Shown piece after piece: positions 27,890 to 42,583 of a stretch of 64,000 bases of DNA (positions are counted from its first letter, which is position 1; every line of letters starts with the position of its first letter). The translations under genes and the position numbers were made by a program. Below the pieces are notes generated by a model, which saw nothing but the letters and a program-made list of their open reading frames with translations, did no database searches and had not been told where the DNA came from. Source of the DNA: Psilocybe cubensis (Eukaryota); NCBI GenBank assembly GCA_017499595.2, contig CM039001.1, forward strand, positions 2,046,001-2,110,000, read 5' to 3'.

Positions 27890-29645
27890 ATGGCCAAAGT
27901 CGAAACTGTCGTCTTTCTTTCTCTCGTTCTCGACCTTTTCGCCTTTACCATCCCTTTACCCCTTTTCCCTCGCATCATAGAATGGTATACAATTGTAGGT
28001 GCATTTTTGTCTCTATACGTTGCACTCCGACAATGATTTCCGTCTAGCGAGAAAGCTCCAACCCTAACGGCTTCTTGGTTCGCACCCTTCAATTCGTGAC
28101 TTCGATCAGAAGCCTTTTGTACAAGTCCGGAGCTCAATCGCAACGATGGGATATCGTTCTTCTGGGCGGTTTAATGGGCTCTGTGTTTTCGTTAGTCCAA
28201 TGAATCGTTTGTGTGTTGATGACTCGATCTAATAGCATCCTCTTTTCAGGACACTGCAGTTCTTCGTATCTCCCAGAATCGGAGCATTGTCCGACAAGTA
28301 TGGTCGCAAGCGCATTCTGCTTATTACAATGATTGGAAACATTCTGTCCGCACTTATGTACGTGGATCTTGTAAATATGCAGAAAGCTCTGATCACTGAT
28401 GAGCCATGTTCATAGCTGGATTCAGTCTACCACATTTGCGTCCTACATGCTCTCTCGTGTGGTCGGGGGACTCAGCGAAGGGAACGTGCAGCTAGCAATG
28501 TATGCCCTTGCACATCTATGATGTCATGGTCGCTAACAGTTCGAATAGTGCCATTCTATCCGACGTAACAACTCCCGCTGCCCGTTCCAAGGCACTCGCC
28601 CATGTCGGCATTGCATTCGCTATTTGCTTCTGCATTGGTCCACCGATTGGCGCCTATTTTGCCTCCCGCCCTCTTCCCAAATCTTTCGATAGTTGGGGTA
28701 TTGGACTTAATGTGTATGCCATTCCTGCCATTATCACTCTCGTGCTTCTTGTGGCCGAAACAGCCTTTCTGGTCGTGGCTCTTCCAGAAACGAGAGGAAA
28801 AGGATTCGCAACTGCTAAAGTCAATGAAAAGTCAGAATCTAATGGAACACATACAAATGGAAATGGGGTTCATAAACCACCCGTTGCGAAACGCTCAGTC
28901 GAATCACGTCTTCAAATACTTAAATCTCTGCGAAACTTCCACTTCTACTTCCTGGCCCTATTTTCTGGAGTGGAATTTACCCTCACCTTTCTCACCTTTG
29001 ATCGTGCGTGTTGTTTTCTTTTCATCACGAGCAACTGACTCAGGCTTGCCTTGCAGTGCTCGACTGGTCGAATACACAAAACGGCAAATTGATAGGGTCG
29101 ATCGGCATCATTAGCGCTCTACTGCAAGGTGGCTACGTGCGGCGATCGATGACCAAGGTTGGTGAGGGCAACATGGCGCAAAGGGGCGTATCGAGCTGCG
29201 CCGTAGGCCTCGTTCTTTTGGCTCTGATGCCAGGTTTCGTCCAAGCACAGCCATCGATTGCCATGAAGTTGTTACAAGGGGCCGCGGTATGTATGTCCTT
29301 CACGAGCGCGACGGTCGTGAACTCCTTGACTGCGTTCGCGTCCTTGCAATGCGATGAAGGAGGCGTCGACTCGGTGACAGGTAAATCTGTCGAAGAACAC
29401 CCACAGTTGGCGAAAGGGACCGCTCTCGGAAAATTCAGGTCCTCTGGTCAACTTGGACGTGCTCTGGGTCCATTGCTTGGTGAGTCACACACTTCATGTG
29501 TAAGGCTTACTTGTAAGCTCAATGATGTTTAGCATGTGCCTCGTATTGGACCTTTGGACCATCTGCTACCTACGCTGCTTCGGCCTTGGCGATGTTTGCA
29601 CTTTCTATGTCCATGAAAAAGGTCGCGAAAACAAAATCCGCATGA
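27890..29645 (+). CDS. MFS transporter (MFSD10/tetracycline-transporter-like), multi-exon
   Basis: MAKVETVVFLSLVLDLFAFTIPLPLFP; MFS motif A GALSDKYGRKRILL; GGLSEGNVQLA; FRSSGQLGRALGP. Confidence 0.88.
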
Positions 29646-29998
29646 TATGTACAAGTTGGAGATGTATTTATGGCATCGGTGGGCACACTATATTTATATG
29701 GGTAGAGAAGTTGCGATATTTGCATTGTTCCTAAATGTGTAGCTAGAAATAAAACTAATAGGGCTCTTTTTTTATAAATCTAAAGCGAATACACTAAAGA
29801 AGTTGAGTAAGCTAATGTCGTCCCCTGTGAATCTATGGGTGGAAAAATTATGGTATCAAAATAAATACCAATCGCCTTGGGGTGTCTACACTGAGCACAA
29901 AAGTAGCGACGAAGTGTCAACTTCAAATCCATGGGTATCCTAAACTGATCGTTCATGGAAACAAAGCAAATGATATAGAGCGATGGTTAATTAAATGT

Positions 29999-31644
29999 TT
30001 ATGAGCCCCACGGGTCTGCGGGTGTAGTTCTCGGTCTCGATGTACTCGAATGTGACGGCACGTCCTCAGCTAGATCCACAAGAGGGGTATATTCGTCATC
30101 TCTGCGACTACCAGAGCCTGAATCATGACGGCGCCCGGTCTCAATATCTTCACACTGACTCTCCTTTTCTGGAGGGAATGTTGAGCTCGGCTCTGACCTC
30201 CTAGGCACAGGAGGGCGTGAAATAGTTCTTGATACGCCACGGCCGGGCGGGGCAGGCTGCAACTCAATATCTGGGGCTTGTGTAAATATAGCAGGCAAGA
30301 AGAACATGACGCTCCTGTTCGATCTCTGCCGACCAGTCCTGATAGGAGTATCCGGGGGTTCCTGACGAGCACCTGCGTACGAGCTGACGCGATTTCTGAT
30401 ACGGTTGAAAGCCTCGACCAAGGGACTTTGAACGCGTCCGGCATATGGGTCCGAGTATCCTGACACGTCTGAAGATGGAGATGGGGGGCGGGAATCGAAG
30501 GGAAGATGAAGCACTGGGACCTCCTCGATGGGAGATGGAGCCTCACTGCTAATGGGGGAGTGCACTTGGGTTGATGTTCCTGACGCGGAGAAGGACCCGC
30601 GGCGGAGTTGGAAATACCAGCGTCCCGAGCGTGAGATTCTTGGGAACACAATTTCATAACCCCGAGTGAAGCGCCTACCCTGCTTCGACGGTAATCGAAC
30701 AAGTCCAACTACCAATATGAATAGGCCCAACCACATGAGCAGTTTTCCCCAAGTGCCCAAGAAACCAATGAATGCGGCATCGTCGGCATGCCAGCTGCTC
30801 CCGTAGAAATGAGAGAAGAATGAATGAGGTGCTTCGTTTTCCCGAGCATTTTTACCATACAGGGACTTTGGCAAGATTCGTACCTCCTGGAGTGCAGAGT
30901 TGGGATGGGAGGCGGTATACAGACCGTACTGGGCGGAGAGGAACATGGGTCCAGTGGTAAACATGACCGTCGGGTAGTTGAGCACCCAGGAATGGTCGAA
31001 CTTGATCAGATTATGGATGGTCTGCTCAAGCATGGGGTGACCTTTTTCCGAGAACATGAGATCGTTCGAGACGCCAACAGGTATAGTCTTTGGAAGAATG
31101 ACTGGGTAAACGAGGAGGGGATCCATTGGCTTGAGACAGCCAATATCCAAATCGACATAAATTCCTCCATAATGATAGAGGACAAAGTAGCGTATGACAT
31201 CGGCGCGCTGAATTGGATATGTATAGTTGTCAAAGGTATCGAGGAACCACGGGTAGTGCTCTGCAATGAATTCCCGAGAGCCTGCATCGGTCCAAAGCTT
31301 ATATTCGCTGGGGAGATGTCAATGGGGCAAAGAAAAGGGAACAGGGGGGCGACGCACTAATCCGGCATCATGTCTCTGCAAGCCTGGGAAATGGCTCGCC
31401 AGCGAGGGGGCAGGGTCTCTGATTTCCATGTCTGGTGTATAATCCTGGGGATTCGCTCTACCTGGCCATGCGCTGCGGCATCCCAGCGAGTCGAGTTGTC
31501 AAGGATGGGAACCTCACGCTCTGAAAGATATGCCGAGGGGTCTATGGAAAGATAGTAGGTGACCGAGGAGAGAACAAGAACGGTGCCTAGGAGAAAGAGA
31601 GCGAGAATAGAGAGGAAAACATAGAGACTGCGGCGTCTGTTCAT
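29999..31644 (-). CDS. Glycosyltransferase family 32, MIPC synthase SUR1/CSH1-like, 1 intron
   Basis: N-terminal TM; IPRIIHQTWK; QRADVIRYFVLYHYGGIYVDLD (DxD); TGPMFLS; HFYGSSWH. Confidence 0.9.
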
Positions 31645-31799
31645 GAGGGGACTGAAGAAAACATAAAAGCTGGAGAGGTAAACAGATATACATTGCTTCC
31701 GCTTCTTTTCTTCTCACACTCCCGCAGCTAACATCAGCCTGTACCTTGACGCCCAGTAAATACATAAACACAATTACAAAACTCGACTATGGTCAAAGC

Positions 31800-34700
31800 T
31801 CAGTCTTTGCTACTCTTGCTCAGTCCCAATCCACCAATTCCATCTACTGCCTTCGCCGCAGTCTTCCGACCGACGTATCTGCATGCATAAATCAGTCACA
31901 GAGCATCCCACCCATCACAGGCCTGCCCACCGCAGTATGTTGTCCCACATCCTAAGCCCGTGCACCGGAATGCATCTAGCTCGTATCTGCTCCTCAGATA
32001 CCGACTGGGGAGGTGGCTTATTGGGGTCGTCGTCCGGGTCGAACGCTGCTTGTATTGCATCTCTCGCTCTCACCTTGGGCACCATGAGATGCGTCACAGG
32101 CGCTGTAAAATAAATGTGCTTCTTCAAAAGCGCCAAGGCCTCTGGCTGCGTCCTAATCAGCCCGGTTAATCGTCACAAGGCGCATCACTCACCGTGTCAA
32201 CTCTCCCTGCAATAGCACTAGGCGGGGGCCGTTCTCCTTCAAGGTCAAGTGGTCCCCAACGGCGGTCAGGTTGAATCTTACCCACAGACGTCCTTCTTCT
32301 CACTTTCTTTTCTTGCTCCATTACGACTCCAGCCTCGCTGTTCGGCTGCCCATGTGAGGAGTGGACAAATCCTTGCTGTAAAGCTCTTTGAAGCATATGC
32401 CTCGCCTTTTCTTCGTGGCGACTCTTTTGCTTCAAAACTCGTTCAGCTTGCTTGGAATATACGCGATCCCATTCATCCTGCCCAGCGGCCCATCGTAGAG
32501 CGGGCGCTTCTTTAAGAAGGCCAATTTCTGACGCGGCAAGCTGCAACGCGGCCAGTTTGTCTCGTGGTTCCATGGGCCGAACTTTCCCATATATATCGAC
32601 ACGCTCACGAATCATCAATAATCCCGGGATATCCTGTGTATCGATTGGTATTTAGTTAAAGCTTCATTGATAGACTCGATGCCAACCTGATTATCATCAT
32701 TACATTGCGTAGTCTTCGAAGTTTTAGAAGATATGGTATCTGCCTCGGGTTCACCTGTCTCTTGCACAACCAGGGCTTGGTTTTCCAGATAGATGCCAAT
32801 ATCTGATGGTGTTTTCTGCTTGTTCACGTCAAGTACATTGGCGCTATTTTCTTCTTCTTCACATTTGTCTTCATCGGTATTGCCCGCAGCATTTTCCTGT
32901 AAATCGGGGTCTCGGTCTACTGGAATATCTTCAGGGGGTCGATGTAGCTCAGGGAATGGATTTCGTTTTAAATGCTCTTCGTCGTATTTGGTGACATGTT
33001 TGATAAATTCTGCTACTGCTCGATATGCATACTTGGCCTGATTAACTGCCTTTTAGAAGTATCACACAGTGAAAGATAAAAAGGCGCACGCTTTTAGTAA
33101 ACATGAAGACAGTCAACACATGGCACATTCCTGCGAAATAAAACATTGGCAATTTGGTCAAATAAGAAAATTCATCCACAAACCGTCAAAGACTTGTAAA
33201 TGAACCTACAAAGAGAGAGTGAGAGTGGATAATAAACTAATAGGGACGACCTCACCTTAGTTGGTTCAATGTACTTTTCAGAGTTCTCTCTTTGGCGCCG
33301 TGATTTGAGTGCACTGGGGCTTGCTGGATAGTCTTTTGGATGCGCTGCCTTGTGAGCTAGATATATGATTTCGTCCCTCAACAATTCACCTTCCCCTGCT
33401 ATTATATACAACGGGGGTAGGTTGCCGAGTGACCCTTGCAACACAGGTGACACCAATGGATGTGTTAACTGTCTAAAAGGAGTCTTGCGATTATAAAAGA
33501 AGTCCAGTCACCGAAAAGACTTACTCTGTAGTTGCATACATCTGGATTTGCGAGCGCAGTTCCAAAGGCACTGCATTGGGGTTTTCCATGAGAACTTTTG
33601 GAGGTTTGGGGTGCCAATTCTCGATATCATCTTCAGATATGTCTTTTTCAATTGAGCTGGTAACACCTTGAGCCGGATCAACATCTATGGAATTAACATC
33701 TATGTGGCCAGAAGTAAGGTGTTGAGCTGCTTTTTCTCGGTTGTTTAGAAAAGAGGGAGATTGACTATCGGTGAGCATCTGTTCTTGAGTTTGAACCGGC
33801 TTTCCAGGCCCGTAAATATTGCTATCCGTCACTTGTCCACGTTGGGCTAGGCCATCGAGAGGCTTGAGTGTATCAGCATCTCCAGGTCTGGGTGGTACAT
33901 TGGTGACTGTAGTAACTACGCGACCTCCGTGTTCAGGTCGGGTCGGCAAAGGCCATAGCGTTGAAGGTTTTGCAAGGAATCCGTGCTTTGGTATAATATC
34001 CTTGACGGTGAACATTAATTGGAATGAGATCGAGCGCCCGTCGTTAAATACACACCGTTTCGTAGTTTTGCATTACACTTGGAAAACTGTGGGTAAGGTC
34101 TATCCATGGACTTATCAACACAGCTCCCGCAGGCATTGGCATATTCAAATCTCTTAGGATGGTAAGTGTGGTTAGGCAGAGGCCACCCCCAGCAGAATCT
34201 CCCGCGAATACAATTTTTGAGGGAGGTATAGGTTTGTGTGCTGCACTGTGCGGAGGATTTATGAGGTAAAAATCTAACAAGAAATTAAGTTATTGACTGG
34301 TCAAAAAATAAGTTGACGTACACGCAGCCAGAACATCCTGTAAAGCACATGGCCAGGGGTATTGAGGTGCCTTTCTATTCAAACTATGTGTGAGCTGATA
34401 ATTGTACATCATATGTATGCACACTAACCGATAGTTTACAGCAAAGGCTTTGCCTTTGAATTTTTGGGCTGCAAATCCCATGTAAGGTGAAGTTTGAGTA
34501 CAAATTAATCAAGGTTGGTTACCGTAGTGTAGTATTTGATAGCGATGTGTATCTGAAATTGTTCTGTCAGTAGATAGGATGAAAAAGACATAATGTCGTA
34601 CTTATAGAACCCCAAAAATATCCACCTGAAGCAATTAGTCACTTGACTATAATCGAGGCAGGTTGTTCAAGGCCTACCTCCATGAACATATAGCTATGGT

Positions 34701-35462
34701 AATGATATCAGTAAAATATACAGTGGAAACAGAAAACTGTCTACCATTACTGTATCAAGTTCCTCCATGCGAGCAATGTCTGCTTCTATAGTACTCCTTT
34801 TTTTACCATTCTCTGATTTGGGCGGAGTATTGGATACATCTTCTTGCTCCGCGATCCATTCAGCATCTACGCCGTTCAGACCACGAACCTGCCACCATCT
34901 TTCCCCACCAACAACGTATTTGAGATCCTCAGGACCGAACCAATCTATGAGAGCATCCGCGGCATCATTACAACTTGAGAGTGGAATCATGACAGGGCAG
35001 ACCAGCGACCAGTAGGGGGCAGGGACGTGTGTATTTGTACTGGAGAGCAGTCAGAAGTATACCCCTTTCCATAATACAATGGGACTTGCAAAGATTGGAG
35101 AGACTCTATAGTGTTTTTGGTCCCCAGCTCAATGAACGCTAGACAGGAAGCATGACGCGCCGCCATTTGACAATGAACTTGCATTCCAACTCACCCTTCA
35201 CGATGTGAAATGCCCTGTAGACTGTAAATGAGAGAGCCAGAAGAGTATACACAAAACATACTCATCGAAGAAAATGTCGTCAAATGGTGAGTCTTGTTCA
35301 GGTTGAGAGCCATTGGTATTTTTGTTCTTTCTTTTTGCGTGCCAGTGTGCCAGAAGGGTTTTGACGACAACTGGACTCAGTGAGCTGGATACACGAGTCG
35401 TACAGTTAAAAAGACTTGCCAGGTGCTATGTGTACTGCAGCTGATGTTGTAGTGACCGGCAT
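31800..35462 (-). CDS. Alpha/beta hydrolase (HSL / Abhydrolase_3 esterase-lipase family), many exons
   Basis: YVHGG, AVNYRKAPQYPWPCALQD, nucleophile GDSAG, LISPWIDLT, LPPLYIIAGEGELLRDE; first and last exons inferred. Confidence 0.85.
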
Positions 35463-35610
35463 AGGAAGTTTAATAGGAGAAACGCAGCCATGTCCTATAA
35501 TAAAGAAGAAACACAGAGGACTATTGACGTCATTGCAGGTCCGCCTTCCCACAAGGATTAAAACACCGAGCACGATTAGTCAGCGCCTATTTCCATACTT
35601 GAACTATGCC

Positions 35611-38600
35611 ATGATCACCTTCACGCCTTTGTCGGGCGCGGCGCGTTCTTCCAGCACTACTCCCTTGTCATATCTCCTTCAAATAGACGATGTCAAGATT
35701 CTAATCGACTGTGGCTCCCCAGACTGGCTGCCCGAGCCTTCACCATTTGATCCACCCGAAAACGACGACCTACATAAACCGCCTGCATGGTCCCAATACG
35801 CTGAAGCATTACAAAAGTAGGAGGCGTTTAGAAGCATATTTTGGCCAATGTCGTCTGATCTCTTACATAGGCATTCCCCCACTGTTGACCTGGTTCTCCT
35901 TTCCCATGGAGATTTGGCACACTGTGGTTTCTATCCATGGGCATATTCGAGATGGGGTCTAAAGGCTCCCGCATATACAACATTACCTGTTCAAGCCATG
36001 GGCAAGATGGCCGTTTTAGAGGACATTGAAGGTCTGCGTGAAGAAGAAGAAGTTAATGACAAGCCCTTGGAATTATCCACAGACCAGGAAGCCAATGACG
36101 AAACAATTTCAGAGCTGCCTCCTTCAACTCCCCCCTCGGGGAAATACATAGCAACTGTCATCGAAGTTCAAGATGCTTTTGACTCCCTGAACACCCTCAG
36201 ATACTCTCAGCCGACACATTTGCAAGGTCAGAGAACGTTGTTGACTGTTCCAAAAATTTCTTGTTTTGACGGTGCTATTACTGGCGTCCAGGTAAATGTC
36301 AGGGTTTAACCATAACGCCGTTTAACGCAGGGCATACGCTTGGTGGTACAATATGGAAGATTCGCTCTCCTTCGTCCGGCACAATCATCTATGCAGTGAA
36401 CATGAACCACATGAAAGAACGTCATTTGGATGGAACTGTGTTAATTCGGCAAGCCGCAGGTGGAATCTTTGAGCCTCTGGCTCGTCCAGATCTCCTCATC
36501 ACGGATGCCGAAAGAACGTCTGTTATAACAAGTAGAAGAAAAGACCGTGATGCAGCCCTTATTGGTACGTCTCTTAAAAACAGATCGCATGTGTTACTAA
36601 TGTTGTGTAGATACAATAACGTCGACACTTTCATCTCGATCATCGCTCCTCCTCCCTTGTGACTCAAGTACTCGAATATTGGAGTTACTTGTTTTGCTTG
36701 ATCAACACTGGAATTATTCACGACTACGATACCCTATTTGCCTTCTTTCACGAACAGGAAGAGAAATGCTTACGTATGTGAGATCTATGATGGAATGGCT
36801 TGGAGGAACTATTAGCAAGGAAGATGTCGGTGAAGACGGTACCAACTCACGGCAAAATCAGAACAACAACAAGAGGCGACGCGACGAAGACAATGATGAG
36901 GACGCTTTAGGTGCATTTGCTCTCAGATTCAAGTTTGTTATGTCACTGTTCCTCTTTAATATTTGCTAAAATATTTGTAGACATTTGGAATTTTTTCCAA
37001 ACCCACAAGCCTTACTTCAAACGTATTCAAGCAAGGACCCAAAATTAATCATTGCTATTCCCGCCTCGCTTTCTCACGGCCCTTCTCGCCATCTGTTTTC
37101 TGATTTTGCAGCAGTCCCCGATAATGTGGTACTCCTTACGGGGAGAAGCGAAGAGGGTACGCTAGGCCGCGCCCTTTTCGAGAAATGGAACGACTCTCAA
37201 AGACCAGAAGATAAATGGGATAAAGGGAAAATTGGGCGCAATGTCATGATGGACGGTTCCATCAAACTTAAGATGAGACGCAAAGTGCCTTTAACTGGAG
37301 TGGAACTGGAAATATACCAGCAGAAGGAGCAAGCTGCCAGGGAGAAGGAAATTGCCCATCAGGCAACTCTTGCTCGTAACCAACGTATGCTGGAAGCAGA
37401 CGAAGATTCGAGTGATTCCGACTCCGATGATTCTGACGCAGAAGAAGAGGACGAGGTCAGGAATGCCCTTGGAGGAGACTCGATGGATATTGATGCCGAT
37501 GGTAGAGGAGACGATGGAAAATCGAGAAAAACGGATAGAGCAATGGAAGGCGCTGATTGGTTAGACGGAGATGAAGGGTCGACGAAACAGCTCCTTTCAT
37601 ATGATATCTACCTCAAGGGAAATGTGGCGAAGGCCACTTCTTTTTTCAAGAATAATAGTCAAAGCCAACGGTTTCGAATGTTTCCCTATGTGGACAAGAA
37701 ACGCAGAGTGGACGAATATGGCGAAACCATTGACGTTGGAATGTGGTTGCGAAAGGGGAAAGCACTGGAGGAGGAGGCAGAGAGTGAAGAAGCAAGAGAT
37801 TATAAGCGACGTGCTTTGGCAGAAGAAGACGCAAAGGTATGCGGTCTCTCTTTCTTCTCGCTCGTCGTAATATTTAATGAGACTGTATAGAAAGCCATAA
37901 GAGAACCACCGTCGAAATATATATCCAATGAAATCGAAATTCAATTGGCTTGTCGGTTGTTGTTTATTGACATGGAAGGGTTGAACGACGGAAGGGCTGT
38001 CAAGACTATTGTTCCGCAAGTCAATCCTCGCAAAATGGTACCAGTGCTGCAAAGAATCTATTGCTGTTGTTTTCTGAAAGATTTATTCAGATCATTGTCC
38101 ATGCACCGTCATCGGCATCGGATGCGCTCATAGAAAGTTGCAATGGGATCCGGTCGATGACCAAGGATATCTTTGCACCAGACGTGGGTGAAACGGTGCA
38201 GATTGGGCAGCAAACGAACAGCTTCTCTATCAACATTAGTGACGAGCTGCTTGCGTCACTGAAAATATCACGAGTGGGTTTTGCGTTGCCTTATAAGAGA
38301 GACAAACTAACAAGGGCGCTAGTTTGAGGACAACGAAATCGCGTACGTTAGGGGACTAGTTGTGGCACATCCAACGTCAACTATATCCACGCTATCACCG
38401 ATTTCGTCATTGGACAGCCCTGTTGAGGCGGGGAAGCGAGCAGAGCCCCTGAAGGAACGCATACTCGGATCGCGAGCACGGGCGCCTCTTCCGCACTCGA
38501 CAATGATCGGAGAACTGAAGCTAACTACTCTCAAGGCACGACTGACTGCGATTGGAGTGCAGGCGGAGCTTATTGGAGAGGGAGTTCTGATCTGCGGATC

Positions 38601-38736
38601 AAGAGAGACGTTGGGGGAGGCAGTGGCAGTCCGGAAGGTGGGAAAAGGGAAAATTGAGCTTGAAGGAAGTGTGTCTGAGGTGTATTATACTGTCCGGCGG
38701 GAGATTTACAGTCTGCATGCATTAGTAGCCGCCTGA
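35611..38736 (+). CDS. CFT2: Cleavage and polyadenylation specificity factor subunit 2 (CPSF100), multi-exon
   Basis: LLQIDDVKILIDCG, LLSHGDLAHCG, LRYSQP, NAGHTLGGTIWKI, DEYGE, IDMEGLNDGR, C-terminal YYTVRREIY. Confidence 0.93.
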
Positions 38737-38898
38737 GTCTAATTTGTTGGTCCTTTTGTTGTGGTGCATTGTACAAGACCAAACATCCCAAAAAGGGAAT
38801 CTGAGCACGCTTTCAAAATTTGTTAAACCCAAGTTGCCCTCTGACCACTTTGACTTGTCCCGTTATTATTTCCTCTTCCTTCTCTCCTTCTAACCACC

Positions 38899-40797
<1,899 letters not shown>

Positions 40798-41255
40798 AGG
40801 CTGCGAGGTGTTTTATAGCTTATTGATCTTCATGCTGTTTGTGCGTTTTTCAACGGTGTCTTTCAACGCCTAAATACCCTACTCCTTTAGTGCAAAATTC
40901 CCCCTATCTTTTTTTCCTGCTTTGGGAGCTTACTCATTATCATGATACTCATTTTCCTCGGTTTGAAGCTCTGGTCAAAGTCAACGTTCATCAATCATAA
41001 TGTTTCTTCTATGTAATGATTTTGGTTGTGATTTAAAACGGAAATGTTGAAGTAACTTCTACGTAATTGTATGAAAAGTAATTGTACAAAGTCCGTTGAG
41101 ATTGCGCACGTCCATCTACTAGTAGCACCATGTCAGTCATCTAAATGTCTATCTATGTAAATTGACTTTTTATGACGATGTGTAGTTGTGTCCGTTGAAT
41201 ATCTATGTTCCTGGCCAAGTGATGTTGTAGATAAAATTCCGCAAAAAAAATTTGA

Positions 41256-42329
41256 TCAAAGGGTTTGGAGTGTGACTGATACCCCTGTCGCAGTGCGCGT
41301 AATCGAAACACTACATGGAAGAAAGAGTAAGACAAGTTCAATGAACATCCATCTGTTCCATACCTTGAAAGGTCCTTCACGATGTAATCTGGTTTGGCAG
41401 CTTCCAGCTGTTCCCGGGAGTGAGTTGTAAGCAAAGCAACAGTTTTGCATCCGGCGTCACGCCCGCTACGAACACCATTAGGCGCGTCTTCGAAGACAAT
41501 ACCTACGTCAAAGAACGCGTCAAAAGCAGGACAAAAAATAATTTTGAAGCAGGTAGATATGTACTGACAGTTTTCAGGCTTCACGCCAGATAATTTAGCG
41601 CCAAGGAGGTAGGGATCTGGAAACGGTTTCCCCTGTGATACATCTTCGGATGCAACGAAGACATCTGGTATAGGGATGCCTGCGGTGTTCAGGGCGGAAG
41701 TCGCGTAGTCCCGGGTAGCAGATGTGCAAATGGCCCAGCATGGCTTGGGTCCATATCGTCCAGGAGCGATCTGTGGAGTAATGCATAGGTACATGATGTA
41801 TGGAATCGATAAGCGGGACTGTGTACCTCCTCCATGATAGGTTTAACTCCCGGTAAAAGGACAATGCCCTGGCGACCACCTTGGGTTGAAGAGGTGACGA
41901 TCGCCTGTTCAAATCTTGCCGACTCTGCCTGACGAACAGCCATCGACGGTAAGGTGCCTTTGTCGAATTGGAGTAACGAAAAAACTGACTTCCAGGATCT
42001 CGGGATCTTCAATACCGCAATATTTTCTCAAATTGTCGACGGTACGAACTCCATGCGCAGCTTTTTCCGGAGAAATAATAAGTGGATGAAGAGAAAACAC
42101 AGCAAGCGGTATACACGATGCTCACAGCTCAAAATGTTGTGTACGTCGATGGTTGGGTAGGTTTGCCGGAACAGCTCCCAAGCGCCGACCACACCTGCGG
42201 TCGAGTCAACCAAAGTGCCGTCCATATCAAAGAGGCTAGGTATAACGTCAAGATGTCGGCGCAAAGAAAGAGGTACCCCCGACATACATTGCATCTACGT
42301 GAAGAGTAGTGTGAGGCATGGAGGTAAAT
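41256..42329 (-). CDS. HAD-superfamily phosphatase (Gpp/DOG-like sugar or glycerol phosphatase), multi-exon
   Basis: MPHTTLHVDAI|LFDMDGTLVDS (motif I), ICTSAT, GKPFPDPY, VFEDAPNG. Confidence 0.9.
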
Positions 42330-42583
42330 GACAAAAGTAAAATCCGATTGACCGGGAAAGGGTGCGCAATCTATGTCTGTCGGCCAGCAGCCCAAAACGG
42401 GAAATATTTTGGCAGGTGATCGACCCGCGGGGTATTTGGATCAGGGGCTTGGACCAAACAAAGGCGTCGGTGATTTCACAGTTGACAGTTCCGTTGTTCA
42501 CAGTTGCCTTTTCTGTCCTGTACAATCAAGTCTAGTCCTGAAAGTCGCGTTCCCTTCTCTTTCTTTATTCTCTCGGGTCAATT

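Noticed and set aside
2294-31644. Sphingolipid/lipid gene cluster (ceramide synthase, FMP27, MIPC synthase)
   Set aside because: The genes are spread over ~29 kb among unrelated housekeeping genes, with no evidence of co-regulation.
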